Source: Alphaproteobacteria bacterium (GTDB lineage: Bacteria; Pseudomonadota; Alphaproteobacteria; SP197). Taken from it: DNA of 64,000 nt. The notes beneath the pieces were generated by a model. The model had not been told where the DNA came from. It saw nothing but the letters and a program-made list of their open reading frames with translations, and ran no database searches. Positions within the stretch are counted from its first letter, which is position 1. Each line of letters starts with the position of its first letter. A program made the position numbers and the translations under genes. Shown piece by piece: positions 39,407 to 49,041 of this stretch. The stretch spans positions 4,672,001-4,736,000 of the forward strand of contig OZ245842.1 of assembly GCA_965228895.1 (NCBI GenBank), written 5' to 3'.

Positions 39407-40278
39407 GTCCCGCGTCGACGACCACCCGTTTCGCACCAAGTCCCACCGGCCTGCTCCATATCGGCCATGCGTGGTCGGCACTGATGGGTTGGCGCGCCGC
39501 GCGCGCCGATCCGGACGGCCGCTTCCTGCTCAGGATCGAAGACATCGACAGCGCCCGCTGCCGCCCGGACTACGAGCAGGCAATCTATGACGACATGACA
39601 TGGCTCGGGCTGACCTGGAACGGTCCGGTACGCCGCCAGTCCGATCACCTGGACGACTATCGCGCAGCGCTCGACCGGCTTGAGTCGGGCAACCTTGTCT
39701 ATCCGTGCTTCTGCACACGTCGCCAGATCCGCGACGAGGTCGCGGCCAGCGCCAGCGCGCCCCACGGCCCACTCGGCCTGATCTATCCGGGCACGTGCCG
39801 GCATCTAAGCGGCGACGAACGCCAGCGGCGCATCGATGCCGGTGAGAGTTATGCGCTGCGCCTCGACATGGCCGAAGCCGCGCGGCGAACCGGACCGCTT
39901 TCCTGGCGTGAGAAGAGTGAAGGTGAGGTCCAGGTCGATCCGATGGAGAACGGCGACGTCGTTGTTGCGCGCAAGGAAACGGCCGCCAGCTATCACCTGA
40001 CCGTCACCACGGACGACCATCTGCAGGGCGTCACCCTGATCAATCGCGGCCGCGACCTCTATCACGCCACGCCGGTTCACCGCGTGTTGCAGGCCCTGCT
40101 CGGCTATGACGCGCCCGCCTATGACCATCACGGCCTGTTGCTGGATGCCGACGGCAAACGGTTTGCCAAGCGCGACCGCACGGTCACGCTGCAAGCGTTG
40201 CGCGAGGCCGGCCATACGCCCGAGGCGGTCATCGCCATGGCCGAGCGACTGGCGGCGTCATCGACGCGTTCGCGCTAA
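39403..40278 (+). CDS. gluQ: tRNA glutamyl-Q(34) synthetase
   Basis: TRFAPSPTG.LHIGH, LRIEDID, YPCFCTR, RGRDL, KRFAKRD; no anticodon-binding domain. Confidence 0.92.
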   Translation: MSPASTTTRFAPSPTGLLHIGHAWSALMGWRAARADPDGRFLLRIEDIDSARCRPDYEQAIYDDMTWLGLTWNGPVRRQSDHLDDYRAALDRLESGNLVYPCFCTRRQIRDEVAASASAPHGPLGLIYPGTCRHLSGDERQRRIDAGESYALRLDMAEAARRTGPLSWREKSEGEVQVDPMENGDVVVARKETAASYHLTVTTDDHLQGVTLINRGRDLYHATPVHRVLQALLGYDAPAYDHHGLLLDADGKRFAKRDRTVTLQALREAGHTPEAVIAMAERLAASSTRSR

Positions 40279-40309
40279 GATTGGTGGCGACAGGAAGGAG
40301 TACGCGATC

Positions 40310-41260
40310 ATGACCGCGACCATCTTCGACCCCGCGCTCTACCGGCCGACCGGCGGTTTCATGGGTTTGCCCAACCGCTATGACTTGGCGGGCGCCCAGC
40401 TTGCCGTGCTCGGCATGCCGTTCGATTGCGGCGTGCACCCGACCCGCATAGGGTCGCGCCTGGGACCGGCGGCGATCCGCGAGCAGTCGGGTCTGGTGCG
40501 CCCCTACCAGCCGCCCATCGCCGACTTCAATCCGCTGGAGGAACTGGGCGCCATCGACTGTGGCGACGCCGCGTGTTCGCCGGGCCGCCTTGAACAGTCC
40601 TTCGAGGTCATGGAGGAAGCGAGCTGGCGCATCGTCTCTGAGGGCCTCAAGACACTCTCCATGGGCGGCGACGGCTCGGTCAGCTTGCCCCAGCTTCGCG
40701 CCATGAAGCGGGTCTATCCCGACCTCGCCCTGCTCCATGTCGACGCCCATACCGATGCCTATCCGGTGACGGGCCAGGAGCGCCACACGACCGCGACCAC
40801 CTTCACCTGTGCAACCGAGGAAGGTTTGATCGACACCGACGCCACCATCCACGTGGGCGCGCGCGGACCGATCTTCATGGGCGGCGTGTTCGAGCATACA
40901 CGCGGCCTCGGTCACACCTTGATCCCCGACCGGGATCTGCGCGATCAGGGTTTCGATGCGGTGATCGAGGACCTTCACCGGCGGCTTGCCGGCCGCAAGG
41001 TCTATCTGTGCTTCGACATGGATACGTTCGATCCGTCCTGCGCGCCCGGCGTCGCGACACCGACCTGGGGCGGATGGACGGCCGCCGAGGGGCTCGGTTT
41101 CCTGCAGGCGCTGGCAGGTCTCGACTTCGTCGCCTTCGACATCAACACGGTCAGCCCGCCGCACGATCTGGGCGGCATGACCGCTTATCTGGCCGGCAGT
41201 GTGATGCTGGAATGTATGGTGTTGGCCTGCCGCGTGCCGGGCGGGCCGAAAGCGCTCTAA
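40310..41260 (+). CDS. Agmatinase/ureohydrolase family protein with non-canonical active site
   Basis: G.PFD, GPAAIR, DAHTD, DMD..DP..APG are present; GGDH reads GGDG. Confidence 0.85.
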   Translation: MTATIFDPALYRPTGGFMGLPNRYDLAGAQLAVLGMPFDCGVHPTRIGSRLGPAAIREQSGLVRPYQPPIADFNPLEELGAIDCGDAACSPGRLEQSFEVMEEASWRIVSEGLKTLSMGGDGSVSLPQLRAMKRVYPDLALLHVDAHTDAYPVTGQERHTTATTFTCATEEGLIDTDATIHVGARGPIFMGGVFEHTRGLGHTLIPDRDLRDQGFDAVIEDLHRRLAGRKVYLCFDMDTFDPSCAPGVATPTWGGWTAAEGLGFLQALAGLDFVAFDINTVSPPHDLGGMTAYLAGSVMLECMVLACRVPGGPKAL

Positions 41261-41448
41261 GCGACGTACTGGATCTCGGCTTGGCTGTTCTGGCGCAACA
41301 CCGCTTCGGCGTCGTCACCGAGCAGTTCGATTAACGTGGCGCGTAGAAACTCAAGCTGCGCCTCGATCCGGTCGAGGTCGCACTGAACGGCGACGATGTC
41401 GTCGTGTCCATAGGGCGGGGCCGTGTTTTCCATCGTGTCCATCTCCAA
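41257..41448 (-). CDS. Small hypothetical protein
   Basis: 63-aa acidic, coiled-coil-like ORF with GGAG near candidate starts. Confidence 0.4.
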   Translation of the reverse strand: MEMDTMENTAPPYGHDDIVAVQCDLDRIEAQLEFLRATLIELLGDDAEAVLRQNSQAEIQYVA

Positions 41449-41636
41449 GGTCGCAGAACGCCTTGTCCGCTATCGTGAATATGGACGAACCCGCCGTCTG
41501 CCGCGCGTGACTGGGATCACAGGGCGGGCGAAAGTGTTACAAAACCGTTAGCGCTGGCCCCAAACCGCGTGATCGTCATCACGTCAGGGCATCAAATCCG
41601 ATCTTCAATCCAGCGTTTGGCCGTCGATGGACGCGG

Positions 41637-42851
41637 CTATTCCGCAGCATCCTGGATCGGGTCCAGCGGCACGAAGTCGAGTACGCTCTGCTGGAAGAAC
41701 GCAATCGATGCCTCGCCGCCGGCACTGCGGGCGAGTTCGCCGACTTCAAAGGCAGGAGACTGCAGCGAGCGTTGCATCTTTTCGCAGACCCATGTGTCTT
41801 CGCTCTGGAAGTCGCCGGCCTCGAGCGGATGGGTCTTCCAGTGTGAGGACTTGATGCGGCCGCTTTCAGGATCGTAGCCGGGGATATCGGCAAGTGAGCC
41901 ACGGGTCTCGTAAGATCCCTTCGGCGACCACAGACGGATGCGCAACAGCGTCGTGTTGGCGTCAATCGGTTCCATCCAAGACACTGAGAAGGCATAGGCG
42001 CTCGGTAAGATCGCGATGGTCGGGAACAACATGTAGAGACCGGGATAGCCGGGCTTTTCCGCACCCTTGAACATGGGCGCGTCGCTGTTGTCGTAATAGT
42101 CCCGTGCCAGCGGAGGCAACCTGTGCTTTTGGCCGTTCTCATCGGTGGCGTACCAGATGAAGTGCCGGCCCCGGGCCTCGTAAAAGTTCCCGTCGGGCCC
42201 GGGCCCGCCGAGAGTCTGCTTGTGGAGATAGGCCAGGTGATAACCGTCAATGGCGTTCTCGTAGAACACTTTCCAATTGCACTTCAGCTCGTAGACGATT
42301 TCGTCGGGGAACTCTTCAACGTCGGATGACGTGAGGTCGTGGGGCCAAGCGACATCGGCCAATTCCGCAAACCACGACTCAAGACTCTCGTCCGGTTGGG
42401 CGGACGGATGGACGAAGACAAGACCCCTGAAGATGCCGAGCGATGCCGGTTTCAAACCGAAGCGTGACTTGTCGATGTTGGGGAAGCAGAGCGCCTCGTC
42501 CGGCATGTGATTCAACCCGCCATCGAGATCATAGGTCCAGCGATGATAGGGACAGACGATCGCGCCGGGCGCATTGCCGCAACCCTCCAAGAGTTCGGTC
42601 CCGCGATGGCGGCAGAGGTTATGGAAGGCCTTTAACTCACCCATCTTGTTGCGCATGACGATCAGCGGATAGACGCCCGCCTGGACCGTTCGGAAGTCGC
42701 CGGGTTCCTTGAAGTCGGAGACGATACCGACAAACGTCCAGGCATTGCCGAACAGGTCGACCCGTTCCCGATCGAGCCATGCCTCGGAAATGTAGGCCTC
42801 GCGCGGAAGCAGTTGGGCGGGGACATCGGGCAGTGTGCGTTCGACGGACAT
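41637..42851 (-). CDS. Rieske non-heme iron oxygenase alpha subunit (choline/carnitine monooxygenase-like group)
   Basis: C.HRG...CPYH Rieske motif; NWK...EN..D.YH...LH; GGAG RBS before MSVERT. Confidence 0.9.
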   Translation of the reverse strand: MSVERTLPDVPAQLLPREAYISEAWLDRERVDLFGNAWTFVGIVSDFKEPGDFRTVQAGVYPLIVMRNKMGELKAFHNLCRHRGTELLEGCGNAPGAIVCPYHRWTYDLDGGLNHMPDEALCFPNIDKSRFGLKPASLGIFRGLVFVHPSAQPDESLESWFAELADVAWPHDLTSSDVEEFPDEIVYELKCNWKVFYENAIDGYHLAYLHKQTLGGPGPDGNFYEARGRHFIWYATDENGQKHRLPPLARDYYDNSDAPMFKGAEKPGYPGLYMLFPTIAILPSAYAFSVSWMEPIDANTTLLRIRLWSPKGSYETRGSLADIPGYDPESGRIKSSHWKTHPLEAGDFQSEDTWVCEKMQRSLQSPAFEVGELARSAGGEASIAFFQQSVLDFVPLDPIQDAAE

Positions 42852-42919
42852 GGCTGGCTCCCTTGGTGATTGGCCGCAGCACGGGCCGACCGACCGGTGG
42901 CCGCGACGGCTCGTGTAAA

Positions 42920-42971
42920 TTGTCACTATTGACAATATACGGATGTCCTAGTAGATTGTCAATAGTGACAA
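42920..42971. promoter_or_regulatory. Pair of 16-bp operator-like palindromes between divergent genes
   Basis: TTGTCACTATTGACAA (42920-42935) and its exact reverse complement TTGTCAATAGTGACAA (42956-42971); each contains TTGACA on one strand. Confidence 0.75.
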
Positions 42972-43023
42972 CCTATAGAGATCCCGCGGCCTGGTTTTCC
43001 GCCCACAGACGAAAGACATAACG

Positions 43024-43275
43024 ATGAAGGACATGAAATGGTTCACGGCGGCCGCCCTCGTCGTGCTGGCGGTCGCCAGCTACTACGAGTGGTATTGGGT
43101 CTGGGGCGCCCTGTTCGTGTTCTGGGCCGCCATCAGCATTCGGGGCGGGCAGGCCTTCGTGGTCGAGACGATCAGCCGCCGCCAGAACCCAATTCTTTTC
43201 TGGCTCATCACCGCCATGTGGGGCGGTTTCGGCGCCTGGTATGTGTGGGCCGACCTGACGTGGCGACTTGCCTGA
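43024..43275 (+). CDS. Small Trp-rich membrane protein
   Basis: 83 aa, about 3 TM, R..NP.LFW. Confidence 0.7.
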   Translation: MKDMKWFTAAALVVLAVASYYEWYWVWGALFVFWAAISIRGGQAFVVETISRRQNPILFWLITAMWGGFGAWYVWADLTWRLA

Positions 43276-43305
43276 CGTCCGGCGCTGTGGCGGTCCTTCC
43301 TGAGC

Positions 43306-43764
43306 CTACTGCAAAAGCCGGTGGAAGCTGCCGCAGCCGACGGCGTGACCGTCGTGGTAACTCTCGGTGTAGCAGAACTTCAGCTCGTTCTTGCCGATCA
43401 GGTGGAACTCATGCACGCCGCTCTTATCGACCACCTTGGCGGTGTGCTGACCGTCGGTGAACGTGCCGACAAAGTGCGACTTCTGGCCGTGTGTGCCTTC
43501 CGATTCGATCGTGCCGGAGAAGCTTTTGCCGACCTGATGGTTCACATGAATGATGAACTTGGTGTCGACCAGACGCGGCGTCTCGGCGGCGCCACTGCCG
43601 GCATGGGTCGTGTTGCCCGATGCGATCGCTTCGGTGTGCCCTTCCCAGGTGCCGAGCAGATCCGGCCACTGTTGTTCGGCCGGCGCGCTGCCGGATGCCA
43701 GCGTCAGCGAAAGGAGAAGGGCAATCAGGCCCAGGCTTCGTGCGGCCATGGTGGTGGCTCCCAA
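43306..43764 (-). CDS. Secreted hypothetical beta-rich protein
   Basis: Signal peptide, PDLLGTW.G, C-terminal Cys pair. Confidence 0.7.
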   Translation of the reverse strand: MGATTMAARSLGLIALLLSLTLASGSAPAEQQWPDLLGTWEGHTEAIASGNTTHAGSGAAETPRLVDTKFIIHVNHQVGKSFSGTIESEGTHGQKSHFVGTFTDGQHTAKVVDKSGVHEFHLIGKNELKFCYTESYHDGHAVGCGSFHRLLQ

Positions 43765-43815
43765 TGTCTGTCGGCGATCCCCCAGTACAGCGCCCCAGTA
43801 TAGCGCTTGGGACCG

Positions 43816-45801
43816 CTACTCCGCAGCCGTCGGCAGTTGCCGCTCGGCGAGGTCGGCGATGTCCTTCATGATTTGCGTCAGCTCGAAATCCTTCGGCGTA
43901 TAGACCGCGGCGACACCCGCGGCCTTCAACGCCGCTTCGTCCTCGGCCGGGATGATGCCGCCGGCGACAACCGGGACATCGCCGCAACCCATCTCTTCCA
44001 TCAGCTTGCGGACCTCGGCGACCAGGCGGATATGGGCGCCCGACAGAATCGAGAGGCCGACCACGTGCACGCTCTCTTCCTGCGCCGCCGCGGCGATCTG
44101 GCGCGGCGACAGGCGGATGCCCTGATAGACGACCTCCATGCCGCAATCGCGGGCGCGAAGCGCGATCTGCTCGGCGCCGTTCGAATGACCGTCCAGGCCG
44201 GGCTTGCCGACAAGCAGTTTGAGCCGACGCCCGAGCCGGCCCGACACCGCCTCGACGTGGGCACGCGCGTCTTCCAGCCCGCCTTCCGGCGCCGCGCCGG
44301 CGGCGCTCAAACCGGTCGGCGCGCGGTACTCGCCGAACACCTCGCGCAGCGCCCGGCCCCACTCGCCGGTGGTGACGCCGGCCTGGGCGCAGGCGATCGA
44401 CGGTTCCATGATGTTTTGGCCCTCCGCCGCCGCGGCCTTGAGCGACGCAATCGCCGCATCCGCCGCGGCGCCGTCGCGTGCGTCGCGCCACGCCTTGATG
44501 GCGGCGATCTGCTCGTCTTCGGCCGATGTCGCGACGGTCATGAAGCCGCCGTCCTCGCCTGAGGTCAGCGGCGACGGCGCACTTTCGGTAAAGACGTTGA
44601 CGCCGACCACCGGTTTATCGCCGGACTCGATATCGGCGACGCGCCGGCTGTTCGATTCGACCAGCGCCTGTTTCATGTATCCGGATTCAACCGCGACCGC
44701 CGCGCCGCCCAGCGCCGCGATATCGGCCATTACGCCCCGCGCCTCGTCCTTCAGCTCGGCGACCTTGGCGGCGATCTCGTGGCTGCCGTCGAAGATATCG
44801 GCGAACTCCAGAAGATCCGTCTCCATGGCGACGATTTGTTGCAGGCGCAGGCTCCACTGCTGGTCCCACGGACGCGGCAGGCCGAGCGCCTCGTTCCACG
44901 CCGGCAGTTGCACGGCGCGCGCCCGCGCGTTCTTCGACATGACCACCGCGAGCATCTCCAAGAGGATGCGATAGACGTTGTTTTCCGGCTGCTGTTCGGT
45001 GAGACCCAGCGAGTTCACCTGAACGCCATAACGGAAGCGGCGCAGCTTGGGATCGGTGACGCCATAACGTTCGGCGGTGATCTCGTCCCACAGTTCGGTG
45101 AACGCGCGCATCTTGCACATCTCGGTGACGAACCGGATGCCGGCGTTGACGAAGAAACTGATGCGCCCGGCAACCCGGTCGAAGTCCTCCGGTTTGACCG
45201 CGCCCGACGCCTTGACGTCATCCAGGATCTGGATCGCCGTCGCCAGCGAGAACGCGATCTCCTGCACCGGCGTCGCACCGGCTTCCTGCAGGTGATAGGG
45301 GCACACGTTCACCGGATTCCATTTCGGCGTCTCGGCGACCGAGAAGGTGATGGTGTCGGTGATCAGCTTCAGCGATGGCTTGGGCGGAAAGATATAGGTG
45401 CCGCGCGACAGGTACTCCTTGACGATATCGTTCTGGATCGTGCCGGAGAGCGCGCCGCGGTCGACGCCGCGTTTGTCCGCCAAGGCGATATAGAGCGAGA
45501 AAAGCCAGGCCGCCGTCGCGTTGATGGTCATCGACGTGTTCATCTGATCGAGCGGGATGCCGTCGAACAGGGTCTCCATGTCGCCCAGATGGCTGACCGG
45601 CACGCCGACACGCCCGACTTCGCCGCGCGCGATATCGTCGTCGGAATCGTAGCCGGTCTGGGTCGGCAGATCGAAGGCGATCGACAGCCCCGTCTGGCCG
45701 CGTGCCAGATTGGTACGGTAGAGTTCGTTCGACGCCCGGGCCGTGCTGTGGCCCGAATAGGTGCGCATCAGCCAGGGTCGGTCGCGTTTGACCTCGGTCA
45801 T
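43816..45801 (-). CDS. ecm: Ethylmalonyl-CoA mutase (MeaA)
   Basis: DRPWLMRTYSGHS, GLSIAFDLPTQTGYD, B12 motif GLDGHSNG; divergent from ccr. Confidence 0.95.
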   Translation of the reverse strand: MTEVKRDRPWLMRTYSGHSTARASNELYRTNLARGQTGLSIAFDLPTQTGYDSDDDIARGEVGRVGVPVSHLGDMETLFDGIPLDQMNTSMTINATAAWLFSLYIALADKRGVDRGALSGTIQNDIVKEYLSRGTYIFPPKPSLKLITDTITFSVAETPKWNPVNVCPYHLQEAGATPVQEIAFSLATAIQILDDVKASGAVKPEDFDRVAGRISFFVNAGIRFVTEMCKMRAFTELWDEITAERYGVTDPKLRRFRYGVQVNSLGLTEQQPENNVYRILLEMLAVVMSKNARARAVQLPAWNEALGLPRPWDQQWSLRLQQIVAMETDLLEFADIFDGSHEIAAKVAELKDEARGVMADIAALGGAAVAVESGYMKQALVESNSRRVADIESGDKPVVGVNVFTESAPSPLTSGEDGGFMTVATSAEDEQIAAIKAWRDARDGAAADAAIASLKAAAAEGQNIMEPSIACAQAGVTTGEWGRALREVFGEYRAPTGLSAAGAAPEGGLEDARAHVEAVSGRLGRRLKLLVGKPGLDGHSNGAEQIALRARDCGMEVVYQGIRLSPRQIAAAAQEESVHVVGLSILSGAHIRLVAEVRKLMEEMGCGDVPVVAGGIIPAEDEAALKAAGVAAVYTPKDFELTQIMKDIADLAERQLPTAAE

Positions 45802-45842
45802 GGTCGTCCTCGCCACCTTTGGTCTAATCCTGATGCGTATAA

Positions 45843-45938
45843 TGCTGCAGTGCAAAAAATCTTGCAAATGCTGCGCTGCCGAAAAAGAATTGCCGCCCCC
45901 ACGGTGGCGTGGGACGGTATCGTGTTGCGATGCAACAC
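45843..45938. promoter_or_regulatory. TGC-rich operator-like boxes (PhaR/AniA-like) between ecm and ccr
   Basis: TGCTGCAGTGCAA, TGCTGCGCTGCCG and the palindrome GTGTTGC-GAT-GCAACAC (45922-45938). Confidence 0.5.
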
Positions 45939-45973
45939 AGGGCAACACCTGACGGAACGACGGAGTGAAGACC

Positions 45974-47257
45974 ATGGCTGAGGCCGCTGAAGTCCTGCCT
46001 TTCGACTATGAAGCGCCGGAAAAGGACCTCTATGAGGTCGGCGAAATCCCGCCGTTGGGCCATGTACCGTCAAAAATGTACGGTTGGGCGATTCGCCGGG
46101 AGCGCCACGGCGAGCCCGATACCGCCATGCAGGTCGAGGTATTGCCGACGCCTGAAATCGACAGCCACGAGGTCCTGGTCCTCGTGATGGCCGCCGGCGT
46201 CAACTATAACGGCGTCTGGGCCTCGCTCGGCATTCCGATCAGCCCGTTCGACGTCCACAAGGCCGAGTTCCACATCGCCGGCTCCGATGCCTCGGGCATC
46301 GTCTGGGCGGTCGGATCCAAGGTGAAGCGCTGGAAGGTCGGCGACGAGGTCGTCGTCCACTGCAATCAGGACGACGGCGACGACGAGGAGTGCAACGGCG
46401 GCGATCCCATGTATTCGCCGACCCAGCGCATCTGGGGTTATGAGACGCCCGACGGCAGCTTTGCCCAGTTCTGCCGCGTGCAGGCCCAGCAGTTGATGCC
46501 GCGTCCCCGTCACCTGACCTGGGAAGAAGCCGCCTGCTACACCCTGACGCTGGCGACCGCCTACCGCATGTTGTTCGGCCATCGCCCGCATATCCTCAGG
46601 CCCGGCCACAACGTGCTGGTCTGGGGCGCCTCCGGTGGCCTCGGCTCCTTCGCGGTGCAGCTTGCCGCGACCGCGGGCGCCAACGCGATCGGCATCATCA
46701 GCGACGACGACAAGGCCGACTTCGTCATGTCGCTCGGCGCCAAGGGCGTGATCAACCGCAACAACTTCGACTGCTGGGGCCGCCTGCCGGAAGTCTCCGA
46801 CGCCAAGGCTTACGGCGAATACATGAAGAAGTGCCGGGAGTTCGGCAAGGCGATCTGGTCCTTCACCGGCAAGGGCAACGATGTCGATGTCGTCTTCGAA
46901 CATCCGGGCGAAGCGACTTTTCCGGTCTCCTGCTTCGTCGTGAAGCGCGGCGGCATGGTGGTCTTCTGCGCCGGCACCACCGGCTACAACATCACATTCG
47001 ACGCCCGCTTCGTGTGGATGCGCCAGAAGCGTATCCAGGGCAGCCATTTCGCCAACCTCGCCCAGGCGAGCCAGGCCAACAAGCTGGTCATCGAGCGGCG
47101 CATCGACCCCTGCATGTCGGAAGTCTTCAGCTGGGACGACATCCCGCGCGCCCACATGAAGATGCGCGCCAACGAGCACAAGCCCGGCAACATGGCCGTG
47201 CTCGTACAGTCGCCGCGCCCGGGCTTGCGTACGCTCGAAGACGTGCTGGAAGGGTGA
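45974..47257 (+). CDS. ccr: Crotonyl-CoA carboxylase/reductase
   Basis: AAGVNYNGVW, IWGYETPDGSFAQF, WMRQKRIQGSH. Confidence 0.96.
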   Translation: MAEAAEVLPFDYEAPEKDLYEVGEIPPLGHVPSKMYGWAIRRERHGEPDTAMQVEVLPTPEIDSHEVLVLVMAAGVNYNGVWASLGIPISPFDVHKAEFHIAGSDASGIVWAVGSKVKRWKVGDEVVVHCNQDDGDDEECNGGDPMYSPTQRIWGYETPDGSFAQFCRVQAQQLMPRPRHLTWEEAACYTLTLATAYRMLFGHRPHILRPGHNVLVWGASGGLGSFAVQLAATAGANAIGIISDDDKADFVMSLGAKGVINRNNFDCWGRLPEVSDAKAYGEYMKKCREFGKAIWSFTGKGNDVDVVFEHPGEATFPVSCFVVKRGGMVVFCAGTTGYNITFDARFVWMRQKRIQGSHFANLAQASQANKLVIERRIDPCMSEVFSWDDIPRAHMKMRANEHKPGNMAVLVQSPRPGLRTLEDVLEG

Positions 47258-47310
47258 TCGCCTGAGCCGGACGGTACGTAACCGTTCGTCTGACGCGTTG
47301 GTCTGAAAGC

Positions 47311-48972
47311 ATGGCGATTCTCGACAACCTGCTACCGCTTTGCCGCGGCGCGCTTGGCGCGGCCGAAGGGCTCTATGGCGCGGCGCGCGCGGCCGTCCGC
47401 AATCTCGCGACGACGGATGAGGGCAAGGTCGACGCCAAGGCGCTCGACCGCCACCAGACGGCGGCCCATGGGCTGGCGTGGTTCGCGACCTATGTCGAGG
47501 CGCTGCGCCAGATGCTCGGTTGGGCAGAGCGGCTGGAAAGCGCCGGCCGCCTGGGTGAGCTGGAAGCGCTAATCCTGCAGGCGGCTTACGGCGAGTACCT
47601 CGCCCAAATCGCCGGCGGCATCCCGATGAGCCAGGGTGAGATCGTGCGGCCCTACGACTTGGGCGTCGACGATTCGAGCCTGCACGCCTTCTATACGCCG
47701 GAGGTGAGCGCGCTTCTGAAGGACGGCCACAGTGCCGACGTCCGCGACACCATCGCGCGGCTGGTCGCCGAGGCGGCCGATGCCGGCAGTTTTGGAGATG
47801 CGGGCCTCGCCGACGACGACGTCATGATCCGCGACCAGTTCCGCCGCTTCGCCGAAGACAAGGTGACGCCCTATGCCCATGACTGGCACCTGAAGGACGA
47901 ACTGATCCCGCTTTCGGTGATCGAGGAACTCGCCGAGATGGGGGTCTTCGGGCTGACCGTGCCCGAAGACGTCGGCGGGCTCGGCATGAACAAGACCGCC
48001 ATGTGTCTGGTGACCGAGGAATTGTCGCGCGCCTATATCGGTGTGGGGTCGCTGGGCACGCGCACCGAGATCGCCGCCGAACTGGTGCTGCACGGCGGCA
48101 CGGCGGCGCAAAAGGAAGCTTGGCTGCCGCGTATCGTTTCCGGCGACATCATCCCGACCGCTGTCTTCACCGAGCCGGGCACCGGTTCCGACCTCGGCTC
48201 ATTGCGCACCCGTGCCCAGCGCGACGGCGAGACCTACCGCGTCACCGGCAACAAGACCTGGATCACCCATGCCGCGCGCGCCAACCTGATGACGCTCCTG
48301 GCGCGCACCAACCCGGACGAAAAGGGTTATCGCGGCCTTTCCATGTTCCTGGCCGAAAAACCGGCGGGCACCGACGCCGACCCCTTCCCCGCCACGGGCA
48401 TGAAGGGCGGCGAGATCCCGGTGCTCGGTTACCGCGGCATGAAGGAATACGAGATCGGCTTCGACGGATTCGAAGTTCCGGCCGCCAATCTGCTCGGCGA
48501 AGAAGAGGGCCAGGGTTTCAAGCAGCTCATGGCGACGTTTGAATCCGCGCGCATCCAGACGGCTGCGCGCGCTACCGGCGTCGCCCAGAACGCCATGGAA
48601 CTGGGCCTGGCTTATGCTCGCGAACGCCAGCAGTTCGGCCGCGCCATCTTCGATTTCCCGCGTGTCGGTCACAAGGTCGCGTGGATGGCGGTCGAGATCA
48701 TGATCGCGCGCCAGCTCACCTGGTTCTCCGCGCGCGAGAAGGACCAGGGCCGTCGCTGCGACCTGGAAGCCGGCATGGCGAAACTGCTCGCCGCCCGCGT
48801 CGCCTGGGCCTCCGCCGACAACGCGGTCCAGATCCACGGCGGCAACGGCTACGCCATGGAGTACCCGATCAGCCGCGTTCTGTGCGACGCCCGCATCCTG
48901 AACGTTTTCGAGGGTGCCGCCGAAATCCAGGCCCACGTCATCGCACGGCGGCTGCTCTCCGACGCTAACTGA
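47311..48972 (+). CDS. mcd: (2S)-methylsuccinyl-CoA dehydrogenase
   Basis: Acyl-CoA dehydrogenase with N-terminal extension (AHGLAWFATYVE.LRQM), LGYRGMKEY; follows ccr. Confidence 0.9.
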   Translation: MAILDNLLPLCRGALGAAEGLYGAARAAVRNLATTDEGKVDAKALDRHQTAAHGLAWFATYVEALRQMLGWAERLESAGRLGELEALILQAAYGEYLAQIAGGIPMSQGEIVRPYDLGVDDSSLHAFYTPEVSALLKDGHSADVRDTIARLVAEAADAGSFGDAGLADDDVMIRDQFRRFAEDKVTPYAHDWHLKDELIPLSVIEELAEMGVFGLTVPEDVGGLGMNKTAMCLVTEELSRAYIGVGSLGTRTEIAAELVLHGGTAAQKEAWLPRIVSGDIIPTAVFTEPGTGSDLGSLRTRAQRDGETYRVTGNKTWITHAARANLMTLLARTNPDEKGYRGLSMFLAEKPAGTDADPFPATGMKGGEIPVLGYRGMKEYEIGFDGFEVPAANLLGEEEGQGFKQLMATFESARIQTAARATGVAQNAMELGLAYARERQQFGRAIFDFPRVGHKVAWMAVEIMIARQLTWFSAREKDQGRRCDLEAGMAKLLAARVAWASADNAVQIHGGNGYAMEYPISRVLCDARILNVFEGAAEIQAHVIARRLLSDAN

Positions 48973-49041
48973 GATTTTTCAACGCTTCTTCGGCCTGCGC
49001 CATCCGCTAGGATGCGCGGATTGTTCTGACGGGGCGCATCC

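Noticed and set aside
41530-41552. CtrA-like site upstream of the 63-aa ORF
   Set aside because: Two mismatches to TTAA-N7-TTAA; not distinguishable from chance
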